A stretch of DNA of 64,000 nucleotides from Acetobacteraceae bacterium. GTDB taxonomy: Bacteria; Pseudomonadota; Alphaproteobacteria; Acetobacterales; Acetobacteraceae. The notes beneath the pieces are model-generated. The model searched no databases, was not told the origin of the DNA, and saw only the letters and a list, made by a program, of their open reading frames with translations. The DNA lies in assembly GCA_037201625.1 (NCBI GenBank), contig JBBCGR010000002.1:12831-76830 (forward strand). The letters run 5' to 3'. Position 1 is the first letter of the stretch. The number at the start of each line of letters is the position of its first letter. Shown one piece after another: positions 19,709 through 28,634 of the stretch. Both the position numbers and the translations under genes were made by a program.

Positions 19709-21322
19709 TCACCCATCGCTCAGCTCCTTCGCCAGCGTCACGACCTGGCCGGCGACGGTGACCAGCCCGTTGTTGCGCAGCACCGCCATACCGCCGTTCC
19801 AGTGCCCGCCCCGCGGCTGCTTGCCGAGGCGGGCGGCCAGCTCCGTGACGGTCATCGATCCGTGCGCCGCCAGCGCCCCGACCATCTGCGGCGCCGGTGC
19901 CGGCAGCCTGGCGCACCACATCGCGCGGATCTCCGCCGGCGACGTCGGCGCCTCACGCACGTCGCCGGCGCGCGCCACCCCCGCGTCCGTCGCCCACACC
20001 AACGAGCCGTCCTCGACCACAAGACCCTCAGCACGGAGCTGCTGCCGTCCTGCGTTGAAGTGGCCGCCGCGTGCCTTCAGCCCGGCCAGCGTGGCCGCCT
20101 GGTTCCAGGTCAGCCGTGCCGGCGTGCGCGATGCCAGCACCGCCAGGAGGGCGCGCGCCGCGGCGTGCAGCGTGGCGTCGGAGCGCGCCGCACCTTGTGG
20201 CCGGGCCCGCCGAGTGGCGCCCGCATCGCTCGCTGGGCGCACCGGACGATGCAGGACCTGCAGCGCAGCCGCGCCACCGGTAGGCGCCGCCTCGACCTGT
20301 GCCAGCAGCGCGCGAAGTCCCTCGGCAGTTGCGGTCTGCATGGCACGCACCTGGTCGCGCAGTCCGGCGAGCTCAGCCGCCGCTTCGGCGCGGCCGCGCT
20401 GATAGCCGCGCTCCTCGGCCGCGGCCAGGTCGTCGGGGTTGCGCTTCGCCGAGGCCGGCTCTGGCCGCCGCTGCCCCGCGAGCAGGGTGGCGATCGCCGA
20501 CACGTCCACCGGCGCCAGGCTTCGGGCCGCGACACGCTGGCCGCGCGTCGGCGTCCTGCTGCTGTCGAACGTTGCGATGCCGGGGAATGCCACTTGCTGC
20601 AGAACGTCGTGGCCAGGCGACCACACCAGGCCGGTCCCCACCTGCAGGCGCGCAAGCTGCGCCAGCATCCGCTTGCCTTCCGCGCGGTCCGCCTGGCCCT
20701 CGATCCAGGCGCCGATCGCATTGCGATCCTGGCTGCTGGTCAGCTTCATCGCGATCAGGGTGTCGGCCTGGCTCAGAACATCCTTGTCGAGCACGGCGGG
20801 CCGCTGCGTGATCAGCCACGGCACGAAGCCGCGCACGCGGCCGCGGCGCACTATCTCGCCGATCTTGCCCTGTAGCGCGGTCTGATCGGGCAGCGGGCGC
20901 TGGGGTGCCCAGAGGTCGGCCTCGTCCAGGATCAGATGCAGGGGCCGCCGGTTGGCGTCGTACAGCGCCTCGGCGAAGGCGGACATGAAGCGCCGCCGCG
21001 CGGCGCCGCTGCCCACTTCGGACACGTCGACGATGCAGCGGAGATCGGAGTCCGCCAGGATGCGCGCCAGCGCGCGGCCGTCCTGGTCGGTGATCGGAAT
21101 GTCGCCGTGCAGGCCGCCGAAGATGGTGACCGGCAGGCCGCCGGCCGGATCGCCATCGGGGCCGGCGCGCAGCCCCCACCAGACGCCGAGCGGGTCGACC
21201 ACGCACACGCGCGCACCGCCGGCGATCAGCGCCTCGGCCATGCCCTTGGCAGCAAAGGTCTTGCCCGAGCCGGTGGTGCCGACGATGGCCAGCCGATCCT
21301 CCAGGATCACGTCGGTGATCAT
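19709..21322 (-). CDS. HerA/FtsK-like P-loop ATPase with two C-terminal winged-helix-like repeats
   Basis: Walker A GTTGSGKT, Walker B LHLILDEADLW, LITQRPAVLDKDVLSQADTLIAMKL. C-terminal repeat pair contains GGHFNAGRQQLRAEGLV and GGHWNGGMAVLRNNGLV. Confidence 0.75.
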   Translation of the reverse strand: MITDVILEDRLAIVGTTGSGKTFAAKGMAEALIAGGARVCVVDPLGVWWGLRAGPDGDPAGGLPVTIFGGLHGDIPITDQDGRALARILADSDLRCIVDVSEVGSGAARRRFMSAFAEALYDANRRPLHLILDEADLWAPQRPLPDQTALQGKIGEIVRRGRVRGFVPWLITQRPAVLDKDVLSQADTLIAMKLTSSQDRNAIGAWIEGQADRAEGKRMLAQLARLQVGTGLVWSPGHDVLQQVAFPGIATFDSSRTPTRGQRVAARSLAPVDVSAIATLLAGQRRPEPASAKRNPDDLAAAEERGYQRGRAEAAAELAGLRDQVRAMQTATAEGLRALLAQVEAAPTGGAAALQVLHRPVRPASDAGATRRARPQGAARSDATLHAAARALLAVLASRTPARLTWNQAATLAGLKARGGHFNAGRQQLRAEGLVVEDGSLVWATDAGVARAGDVREAPTSPAEIRAMWCARLPAPAPQMVGALAAHGSMTVTELAARLGKQPRGGHWNGGMAVLRNNGLVTVAGQVVTLAKELSDG

Positions 21323-21376
21323 GTTCGCCCCGCATCGGCGGCCCGGCCTCGCGGCGGGTGCGACGTCAGCCGATCC

Positions 21377-22129
21377 TCATGCCGCACGTGCCAACCACCC
21401 CGGTTTGCAGCGGCTGCACAGATCGTCCTCGACCCAGCAGCACCCTTCCGGGCAGCCGACCTGGTCGGTGCAGCCACAGGCCCGGCACTGGCGGATCCCG
21501 AGCGAGGCCAGCCGCGGCCGCGGCAGCGGTGCGTCCACCTTCAGCACCCGCTCGCCGATCACCTCGTCGATGATCGCCGCGGTCTCGACATCGGCCGCCA
21601 TGAACCAGGCGGCGTCCACGCGCATCGCGCTCGCGGTGCTCCCATGGCAGCCGATGCGATGAGCGATCGCGCCGGCACCGATCCGCTCCTGCTCTGCCGG
21701 AGCGAGCGCGCGCCAGGCCGCAACGGGATCCAGCCATCCGATGCCCTGCACGTCGCCGGCGGCCTCGCCGCCGATCGCCGCCATTGTGTCGGCCAGGTGC
21801 TTCGCCTGATCGTGGCGGAAGGAGCCCTCCTCGAGTTCGCAGATCGGCACGCGCCCATCCGAGGCTGGATGGCCGCGGCAGGCGAAGCGCAGTGCGGCGC
21901 GGCCGGCGTCCCATTCGCCGGCGCAGCCGTCGCAGAGCACGGCCGACGCGCCCTCGGCCGGCAGGCCGCACGTGAAGCAGCTCCAGCCACGCCCTGGCAT
22001 GGCACACCGCCGCTCGAGCATGACCAGGTTGCGGACACCATCCTCGCGCTCGCAGATGCAGCAGGGTCCGAGTTCCAGCTCGTCGCCATCGTCCCTTATC
22101 GCCATAGGCCGCGGCGGGTTCTCAGGCAT
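21377..22129 (-). CDS. cysteine-rich (putative multi-zinc-binding) phage protein, function unknown
   Basis: N-terminal CCxC...C..CxxC...CxxC and C-terminal CRACGCTDQVGCPEGCCWVEDDLCSRC clusters. Overlaps the upstream gene by 8 nt. Confidence 0.7.
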   Translation of the reverse strand: MPENPPRPMAIRDDGDELELGPCCICEREDGVRNLVMLERRCAMPGRGWSCFTCGLPAEGASAVLCDGCAGEWDAGRAALRFACRGHPASDGRVPICELEEGSFRHDQAKHLADTMAAIGGEAAGDVQGIGWLDPVAAWRALAPAEQERIGAGAIAHRIGCHGSTASAMRVDAAWFMAADVETAAIIDEVIGERVLKVDAPLPRPRLASLGIRQCRACGCTDQVGCPEGCCWVEDDLCSRCKPGWLARAA

Positions 22130-23861
22130 CGGCGTCCTCCATCATCGCAGTGCCGGCCGGCACGCGCGGATGGCGTTTCTGCTCCGGCTTCGGCCCCGGG
22201 GCGCCGAATGTGGTCGGGCGCCAGGCGGGCGCCTTGCCGATCAGCGCCTCGCGCAGTTCGCGCACCTTCTTCGGAGTGCTGACCTCGGCCGCCACGGCGA
22301 TCGCGCGCAGTTCGCTGCTGGACAGCGTCGCCAGCATCTCGGCGCTGTCGAAACGCGGCAGCGCCACGTCGGCGCCGAGGGCGTTGCCGATCCACTCGGC
22401 CACGTCGCCGCTGCCGTGCATGGTCACCGGGTCCTGCACCACGAGCATCCGCGCCAGCGCCTCGGCGAGGATCTCGGCCAGGCTGTCCTCCGGCACCACA
22501 AGGTCGCCGCCGGCATTGACCAGCCGCAGCGCCAGGTCCTGGAAGTCGGTCAGCTCCCACCGCGAGTTGCCGCCCTCCACGCGGACGTTCTTGCCGGCCA
22601 GCGCCAGCACCAGGCAGGCGGCGAGGATCTCGGGCGAGCGCCGCGCGCCCTCCGTGCGCAGATGCCCGCGCAGCGCGCCGGTCTTGGCGGCCGCGATCAG
22701 TTGCAGGCCGCGCTGCGTGATCGGCGACCGCCCGGTTTCAACGTCCGCGGGTTCCGCCTGCTCGGCCTGGTCCGCGGCACCCTCGTCGCCGGCGCTGGTG
22801 GCCGCGCTTCCGGCTCCGGCTGCCGGGCCCGGCGGGCGGGTCGACGCGCCGGTCTGCCGCAGCGCCACCGCCCCCTTACCCTTCGCGGCCTGGCGGGCCT
22901 GCTGCCGCGCAAGGGCGCGCGGCGGGTCCGCGATCGCTTCCTCGATCGCACCGAAGTTGCGGTCGGCCTCGCTCACCGCGACGAACCTGGTTGGTCCCGT
23001 CGGTCCTCGCAGCGCCTTCTTCGACACCGCGTCGAAACGCTGCATCCAGCCGCGCGGCATGGCGATCCGGTGGGCTTGCCACTCGGCCAGCACGATGCGC
23101 TCGCCCTTCGCGCGACCGGCCTCCACACGGGCCTTCAGCGCCGCCTGCTGGGCTTGCAGGAAGCCGTTGGCATCGCGGGTGACGAACTGGTCCGGCGCAC
23201 CCGGTGCGGCGAACAGGTCTTCCTCGAACACGACGCGCGAGGCCTCTACGTCGAAGATGGCGATCCCGCGGGCGATCACCTTCTGCTGGCACGCGTGCGC
23301 GACGATGTGCCAGTTCACCTCCCGCCCCTGGCGCGCGTAGGGAGCCTTCAGCGCCTTCGCCTGCACGTCCTGCGGCGCCGCCGCGATCCGGCGCAGATCC
23401 TGCTGGCTCGGCATCGACGTCTCGACCAGCTTCAGCACCTCGGGATGCAGGCTGGCCAGCCGCTCGACCTGGCGCGTGCCACGCTCGTCGAGACCAAGCG
23501 CCATCGCCGCATCGGCGATGGCCGATCCCGCGTCGAGCAACTGGCGCGCCGCGCGCCATACGTCGATCGGATGCAGTGCGGCGCGCTGCATGTTCTCGAT
23601 CACCTGCGCCTCGATCGCCTCCTCGTCGGTGAGCGCGCGAATCTCGGCCTCGATCTCGCTGAGGCCGGCGCGGCGCGCGGCGCGAACGCGCCGGCGGCCG
23701 AGCACGATGCCGTAGCGGTTGCCCTCGGGACGGACGGTGATCGCCTGCAGCACGCCGCGCGCGGCGATGCTGCGCTCGAGCGCGGTATCGGCCGCCGCGG
23801 ATGGCAGGATCCTGCGAATGTCGGGAATGCTCTCGTCGAGCAGCTCGAGCGCCAGCTTCAT
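22122..23861 (-). CDS. large ParB/Srx N-terminal-domain protein
   Basis: ParB-N block LERSIAARGVLQAITVRPEGNRYGIVLGRRRVRAARRAGL..IEA. ~450-aa extension with a low-complexity linker. ATGA coupling to the upstream ORF at 23858-23861. Confidence 0.8.
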   Translation of the reverse strand: MKLALELLDESIPDIRRILPSAAADTALERSIAARGVLQAITVRPEGNRYGIVLGRRRVRAARRAGLSEIEAEIRALTDEEAIEAQVIENMQRAALHPIDVWRAARQLLDAGSAIADAAMALGLDERGTRQVERLASLHPEVLKLVETSMPSQQDLRRIAAAPQDVQAKALKAPYARQGREVNWHIVAHACQQKVIARGIAIFDVEASRVVFEEDLFAAPGAPDQFVTRDANGFLQAQQAALKARVEAGRAKGERIVLAEWQAHRIAMPRGWMQRFDAVSKKALRGPTGPTRFVAVSEADRNFGAIEEAIADPPRALARQQARQAAKGKGAVALRQTGASTRPPGPAAGAGSAATSAGDEGAADQAEQAEPADVETGRSPITQRGLQLIAAAKTGALRGHLRTEGARRSPEILAACLVLALAGKNVRVEGGNSRWELTDFQDLALRLVNAGGDLVVPEDSLAEILAEALARMLVVQDPVTMHGSGDVAEWIGNALGADVALPRFDSAEMLATLSSSELRAIAVAAEVSTPKKVRELREALIGKAPAWRPTTFGAPGPKPEQKRHPRVPAGTAMMEDADA

Positions 23862-24271
23862 GGCAGCGCCCTCCTGCTGCCGCGCAACGCCGGCGTGATG
23901 CGCAGCCAACCCAGGCACCGCCGCCAGGCGGGCATCGGCTGTCGTCCGCTGCAGCCGGCTTCATGTTCCAGCAACTGCTCCTCCCAGCGAAGCATTGCGA
24001 TGGCGACGCAATGGAGCGCCGCCCGGCATTGCGGATCGATGGTGGCCCATGCCGGGTCGTCGACCACCGCCTGCGACAGCGCGCGCGCTACGCCGCCGAC
24101 CTGCTGCGGCAGCGGAAGGGATGTCGCCATGGCCGCCGCCAGCAGCGGATCCATCGGCATGCGGTCGGCATACTCGGTCAGGGCGGAGAACGCGTTGCGA
24201 TACAGGCCGGCCTGCGGGTCGAGGCGGACGACATTGGCGGCGAGACGCGCCGCGGCGGTTGCGTTGTTCAT
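23858..24271 (-). CDS. hypothetical phage early protein
   Basis: 137-aa ORF with 4-nt overlaps to both neighbours in the leftward operon. Confidence 0.6.
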   Translation of the reverse strand: MNNATAAARLAANVVRLDPQAGLYRNAFSALTEYADRMPMDPLLAAAMATSLPLPQQVGGVARALSQAVVDDPAWATIDPQCRAALHCVAIAMLRWEEQLLEHEAGCSGRQPMPAWRRCLGWLRITPALRGSRRALP

Positions 24272-24693
24272 GGACGCTCCTCCGTTGCTGATGCTGTCTG
24301 CGGCAGGGCGGGCCCGATCTTCTGCAGCCGTGCCCGCTCATGCGGGAGGAACAGCATCGATGTCGCGTCGTCGTTCAGCCAGCCGACGATGCAATCGAAC
24401 GCGCTGCCGTAGAAGCGCTTCGCAAAGTCCGTGGCCACGGCTTGATCCAACGGATCGGCCGGATCGAGCAGGCGCCACACCAACAGCATGGTGACCTGGC
24501 GGAGTTTCGGATCGAGCATGCCCAGCCCTTCCTTCTCCAGGACGAGGTCGCCGGGCTGCAGATCCTGCGGTTCGCGGTACAGGTCCCACCGGCGCTCGAG
24601 CTCCATGCGCTGCGCCAGCATGTCCGGTCGCGAGGTGGAATGATTGGCGGCGGCGGCTTTGTGTCGCGCGAGCAGGGTACTGTGGTCGGTCAT
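24268..24693 (-). CDS. hypothetical phage early protein
   Basis: ORF 24268..24816. Start taken at MTDHSTLL (24693), which follows GGAGGG. Confidence 0.55.
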   Translation of the reverse strand: MTDHSTLLARHKAAAANHSTSRPDMLAQRMELERRWDLYREPQDLQPGDLVLEKEGLGMLDPKLRQVTMLLVWRLLDPADPLDQAVATDFAKRFYGSAFDCIVGWLNDDATSMLFLPHERARLQKIGPALPQTASATEERP

Positions 24694-24763
24694 GCTGCCC
24701 TCCGCGGGCGCGCGCATTCGGCGCGCAGGTCGAGATGGGTGGACTGGGGTTGCTGCGATTGGC

Positions 24764-25150
24764 TCACGGCTGCCTTCCTTCGATGATGGACCAGATGCGT
24801 TGGGTGGTTTCGTCATCGGCGCGCATCAGGAACAGGAACGGATCGTCGCGAAACGATGCCCAGCGTTCGGCCGAGAGGAATGGGACCTCGTTGTGGTCGA
24901 TGCTGTGCAGGATGCGCAGTGCGTTCAGGAATCGCCGCCGTGTGGCTGCATGTTCGGCTTCGTCGGCCAGGTCGTGCAGGACATGGCTCAGCGCGCGCGC
25001 GTTGGTTGGCGCGAGTTCGACGCTGCGAAGGTCGAGGGCGTGCGAGCCGACCGCGAGGCGCAGCGTCGGCTCGCCGCGACGATACTCACCCAGGCTGACG
25101 ATGACCTGGCCGGATGGAACTTCGAGGCGGTGACTGGTGGTCGCGCTCAT
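24764..25150 (-). CDS. hypothetical phage early protein
   Basis: ORF 24764..25216. The ATG at 25150 overlaps the stop of the upstream small ORF (ATGA). Confidence 0.55.
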   Translation of the reverse strand: MSATTSHRLEVPSGQVIVSLGEYRRGEPTLRLAVGSHALDLRSVELAPTNARALSHVLHDLADEAEHAATRRRFLNALRILHSIDHNEVPFLSAERWASFRDDPFLFLMRADDETTQRIWSIIEGRQP

Positions 25151-25338
25151 TGGACTGCACCCAGAACCGCCAATCCGCAGGTCGCGCCGCATATGCCGGC
25201 GACCGTGACGTGCCACATCGCTGCTCGTGGCTGCCCAATCTCAACCGCCACGGCGGCGACCGCGATTGATGCAAGCGAGAATGCTGCGAACATGCCGGCA
25301 AGAGCGGCGAACAGAGCTTGCGGAAGTGCGGCAATCAT
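25147..25338 (-). CDS. small two-helix membrane protein
   Basis: 63 aa, almost entirely hydrophobic (MIAALPQALFAALAGMFAAFSLASIAVAAVAV...). ATGA coupling on both sides. Confidence 0.5.
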   Translation of the reverse strand: MIAALPQALFAALAGMFAAFSLASIAVAAVAVEIGQPRAAMWHVTVAGICGATCGLAVLGAVQ

Positions 25339-25718
25339 GCGGGCGCCCCACTTCCGCTGGCCGCGAGGCGGCCGTATTCAGCCACCAGATCGACGCGATG
25401 CGCCCCCCCCGAAGCCGCGGCGCCCGACGCTGGTAGCCCGCGGTGATGACGCCAGCAGTGGCCGACTGCGGCGGCGTTCAGGGGCTTCAGCCCCATCCCG
25501 CTGTTCGCGGCGGTGCCGACGCGGTGCGCTTCGACGCAGCCGCAGCATCGAGAGTCTGAGCTACTTCGGACGATGCAGCCCTGACCGTGGACGAAGGCGA
25601 GTTGGACGGGGTTGCTCTGGACCAGATTCGCGCAAGGTCTCGATCGTGCCTGCTTCGCGCCCAAAGCAACATCCGCACCATCCGTCGGGAGAGGCCTGAT
25701 TACATTCCGTTCTCGCAT
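25335..25718 (-). CDS. hypothetical first gene of leftward early operon
   Basis: 127-aa ORF with ATGA coupling to the next gene and reasonable third-position GC. Contains a G8 homopolymer (25403-25410). Confidence 0.4.
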   Translation of the reverse strand: MRERNVIRPLPTDGADVALGAKQARSRPCANLVQSNPVQLAFVHGQGCIVRSSSDSRCCGCVEAHRVGTAANSGMGLKPLNAAAVGHCWRHHRGLPASGAAASGGAHRVDLVAEYGRLAASGSGAPA

Positions 25719-25813
25719 GGCGCCGACGGTAACCAGAATGGGGACTATCGGTCAAGGGAGAAGTAACCTAATTGGGGACCGATGCCTTTTTCGCCTTTTG
25801 CTACGCTGCGGCT

Positions 25814-26491
25814 ATGAAAGCGGCTGCTCTTCGACTGGCGGTGCCCTTGGCTGCGGTGATCGGTTGGCCGTCTGCGGCTGCAGTTCAAGAAACGGGCGAT
25901 GAGTTTGCGGGTTTTGCCTGTCCTGAATCGTTGCCGGACGAGGCCAGTAGGGCGAAAAACCTGCTTGCATTTATACAGTGGGCCGTTGGGCGGCATCCTG
26001 AGCTTAAATCTGCGCAACAAATGCTCAGCTTCAGGCGCAGCTACCTTGAGAGACACGGCTGCGCACAAACGCTGAAAGGTATGGATTCGCGTGCGGCTGC
26101 GGAGCAACGCCTTAGCTCCGGCTCTGTTGACGATGGCACTGTGACGAAGATCACAAAGGAGTTCCAACAGAAATTTAAGTCTGGTGGGATGAAATCGGTC
26201 AGCGCAGATATCGCACATTGTTACGATATCGAGATTGCGGGACCCAACCGAGTGGGCCTAGCCAGATGTATGCTATACGACGTGGCGGCCATGAAGTTCC
26301 ATCGAGTTATGGGGCTCCTTTTCGAGTCGCGTGGCATCCCTTTGCCTTCGGATCTGCCATTCCTAACAGAGCGAGCCTTCGGATTACGAATGCAGATCTA
26401 CACGAACCTCGTTTTCGGTGGTTCACAGACGAGCGCGGCACGCTACCTAGCGGACGGACCGGATCGAGTTGTGCAAGGGTTGAACCGCTAG
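25814..26491 (+). CDS. secreted protein of unknown function (prophage moron)
   Basis: Signal peptide MKAAALRLAVPLAAVIGWPSAAAVQE and four Cys in the mature part. Clearly lower GC than its surroundings by eye. Opposite strand to both flanking operons. Confidence 0.65.
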   Translation: MKAAALRLAVPLAAVIGWPSAAAVQETGDEFAGFACPESLPDEASRAKNLLAFIQWAVGRHPELKSAQQMLSFRRSYLERHGCAQTLKGMDSRAAAEQRLSSGSVDDGTVTKITKEFQQKFKSGGMKSVSADIAHCYDIEIAGPNRVGLARCMLYDVAAMKFHRVMGLLFESRGIPLPSDLPFLTERAFGLRMQIYTNLVFGGSQTSAARYLADGPDRVVQGLNR

Positions 26492-26503
26492 GCGGCCACT
26501 GAG

Positions 26504-26866
26504 CTAACCTCTTCTTGCTTTCTTCAGATCGATGACGCACGGCGGCGGTCTGGGATGCGTAGCCGCGAGACTTCGGGCCACCTCGAGCAACAAACGTCGT
26601 CCATCATCGTCGAGCGCTTCGAAGGCGGCGAATAACTCATTGCGTCCTGGGGTCGTCGTTGGGTCGGCCTCGACAAGGTCCTGCCACCCAATCCCGAGGT
26701 GGGGAGCCAGGCGGTGTGCCCATTCGACGGTTAGCTTTCTCTCCCCCCGCCGCAGTTTGAAGATCTGCTGTTTGGACGTGCCCGCTAACTCTGCGAGCGC
26801 GGGATCGGTCAGTCCGGCCGCCGCCATCCATTCTGCAAGCCGGTTAGGGTAGGGCACCTTGGCCAT
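26504..26866 (-). CDS. CI-like XRE-family repressor
   Basis: HTH LAEWMAAAGLTDPALAELAGTSKQQIFKLRRGERKLTVEWAHRLAPHLG. Divergent from the Cro-like gene. Start taken at MAKVPYPN (26866). Confidence 0.75.
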   Translation of the reverse strand: MAKVPYPNRLAEWMAAAGLTDPALAELAGTSKQQIFKLRRGERKLTVEWAHRLAPHLGIGWQDLVEADPTTTPGRNELFAAFEALDDDGRRLLLEVARSLAATHPRPPPCVIDLKKARRG

Positions 26867-26948
26867 GCGGCGAAGGTAACCGTTCTGGGGACGGGGGGTC
26901 GGCAACCGTTCTGTTGACCGACGGTCCCCATAATGGTTACCGTAGATC
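26867..26948. promoter_or_regulatory. divergent lysis/lysogeny switch region with three operator-like repeats
   Basis: GGTAACCGTTCTG, GGCAACCGTTCTG and GGTTACCGTAG lie between the repressor and cro-like starts. TTGACC (26914-26919) and CATAAT (26929-26934) hexamers are present but oddly spaced. Confidence 0.5.
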
Positions 26949-27200
26949 ATGTTGCTCGATGATTGGCTCATGCGGCGCGGTATGACGTCGGCCGAGTTTG
27001 GCCGACTCTCTGGCTTGGGCAAACAACTTGTTCACAAATATCGACATGGTGAGCGCTTTCCTGCCGCAGAGAACCTGCTTCGGATCCGGGAAGCTACCGA
27101 CGGTCAGGTGACGGCGGACGATTTCGTCAATCAGCACACCTCTCCTACTAGAACCGAGCGGGATGCCTCTCGACCCGTATCCCAAGGAGAAGAGGTTTGA
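26949..27200 (+). CDS. Cro/YdaS-like HTH regulator
   Basis: MTSAEFGRLSGLGKQLVHKYRHGERFPAAENLLRIREATDGQV. Divergent from the repressor. Confidence 0.7.
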   Translation: MLLDDWLMRRGMTSAEFGRLSGLGKQLVHKYRHGERFPAAENLLRIREATDGQVTADDFVNQHTSPTRTERDASRPVSQGEEV

Positions 27201-27270
27201 CTCGCTGTCACAGCCGCCCCGCCGAGGGCGCGTACAGCACCCGAGCCGCTTGCCAGCGGAGGATCCCGCG

Positions 27271-27486
27271 ATGAGCTATCGCAGCCTGATCGAGCTCAAC
27301 CACGACTTCGTCCCCGGGCGCTCGCCGGCGGCGTTGGCCGAGTGGGCAGCGAAGATCGCGAGCTACGCCCGCTCCGGCGACGCGCGCGAGCTGCCCTACG
27401 GCGTCATCCTCAGGTCGCGGCGCCATCACACGGAACCCTGTCCGCTCGACCTGAGCGGGGCTTTGCGTGCGGAAGGTGAAGCATGA
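27271..27486 (+). CDS. hypothetical phage early protein
   Basis: ATG 27271 lies 8 nt after GGAGG. Upstream part of ORF 27163..27486 rejected. Confidence 0.55.
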   Translation: MSYRSLIELNHDFVPGRSPAALAEWAAKIASYARSGDARELPYGVILRSRRHHTEPCPLDLSGALRAEGEA

Positions 27487-27818
27487 TCCGACGCCCGCCC
27501 GTCCTGGTCTCTTGCCTGACCTGCTTCACGCCGCGGTGGATGCCTGCCGGCCGGCCCCAATCGTTCTGCTCGCGGATGTGCCGCACGAGCCCACGACCTT
27601 TCACGGTGGCGGAGATAGCGCGCGCTGCAGAGTTGGCGACCGCCGGTCGTTCGTACGAGCAGATCGCAGCCGAGGTGGGCCGTTCGCCTGGCGGCATCGG
27701 CCTGCTGCTGAACCGCCTGATCCGCGCCGGCCGCCTGAAGCCGCGAGGCATCCTGACGGCGCCGCCGGCACCGGATCGACCGTTCACCGCGGTCGACCCA
27801 TCGATGGAGGCAGCCTGA
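27483..27818 (+). CDS. zinc-ribbon plus HTH small protein
   Basis: CLTC...FCSRMC followed by RSYEQIAAEVGRSPGGIGLLLNRL. ATGA coupling. Confidence 0.6.
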   Translation: MIRRPPVLVSCLTCFTPRWMPAGRPQSFCSRMCRTSPRPFTVAEIARAAELATAGRSYEQIAAEVGRSPGGIGLLLNRLIRAGRLKPRGILTAPPAPDRPFTAVDPSMEAA

Positions 27819-27819
27819 C

Positions 27820-28281
27820 ATGCACACCGGCCCGTTTACCCAGCCACTCGCTTTGAAGCTGCCCGGTGATCCGCCTGAGAGGTTGCGGCCAAGGCCGGTC
27901 GGTGTGTTTGTGGTGAAGAACATCGTCAAGGTCGACCCTGGTGAAGCATCGCTCTTGATGATGATCTGGCCAGAAGAGACAGACCGCCTCGCTGGAACTC
28001 CCGGCGACGCGCCCGGCCGGCCGCCGCCGCCAGCGCCGGAGCCGGCACCCCCTGCCGTCACACCCACCAGCGATCCGCCCGGCGCGCTCCTGGGCGACGT
28101 GCGCCATATTTGCGTGCAGGCGTCCTGGTCGGACGCGGAAAGCATGGCGGCCTTGGTCGCAATGCTGGAGCGCATTGAACGCGCCATCATCGAGACGAAC
28201 GCTCGAATCGAATGGCAGATGGAGCGGCACCTCCATGAGAGCCGCGTCAACGCCTTCCGGCCGCTGCGACTTCGTGCATGA
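27820..28281 (+). CDS. hypothetical phage protein with Pro-rich linker
   Basis: 153-aa ORF with GGAGG 9 nt upstream. Confidence 0.55.
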   Translation: MHTGPFTQPLALKLPGDPPERLRPRPVGVFVVKNIVKVDPGEASLLMMIWPEETDRLAGTPGDAPGRPPPPAPEPAPPAVTPTSDPPGALLGDVRHICVQASWSDAESMAALVAMLERIERAIIETNARIEWQMERHLHESRVNAFRPLRLRA

Positions 28282-28448
28282 CCGCCCGGCACTGGCCGCA
28301 ATGGATCATGGCCGCGATTCTTGCGCTGGGTGTGGTGCGCCACGTGAGCAATCACGGCCAGTCGCTCGGCCAGTACGATGGGCCCGGCGCCTTCATCGCA
28401 GCCTGCGTCAGCGCCGGGATCCTGTGGTGGGGAGGTTTCTGGGGTTGA
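28278..28448 (+). CDS. small membrane protein (56 aa)
   Basis: Not in the track (under 60 aa). Own translation: MTARHWPQWIMAAILALGVVRHVSNHGQSLGQYDGPGAFIAACVSAGILWWGGFWG. ATGA overlap with the previous stop. Confidence 0.4.
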   Translation: MTARHWPQWIMAAILALGVVRHVSNHGQSLGQYDGPGAFIAACVSAGILWWGGFWG

Positions 28449-28453
28449 GCACT

Positions 28454-28546
28454 GTGGGCACCGCACTGCTCGCGCTCATGACCTGGCTGCTGGCCGGCCT
28501 GTTGGTCGGGATCGTCTTCGGCGAGATCGCCGGAGGCGAGGAATGA
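28454..28546 (+). CDS. possible 30-aa single-TM peptide
   Basis: GTG start. VGTALLALMTWLLAGLLVGIVFGEIAGGEE is the tail of ORF 28175..28546. Confidence 0.3.
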   Translation: MGTALLALMTWLLAGLLVGIVFGEIAGGEE

Positions 28547-28634
28547 TGCTGGTGGCATCTTCATCCGCGCGGGACAGGTCATCCGCATCCACCTCGTTTC
28601 GATGCCGCGGAACCGGCAACCGCCGCGGCCGCCT

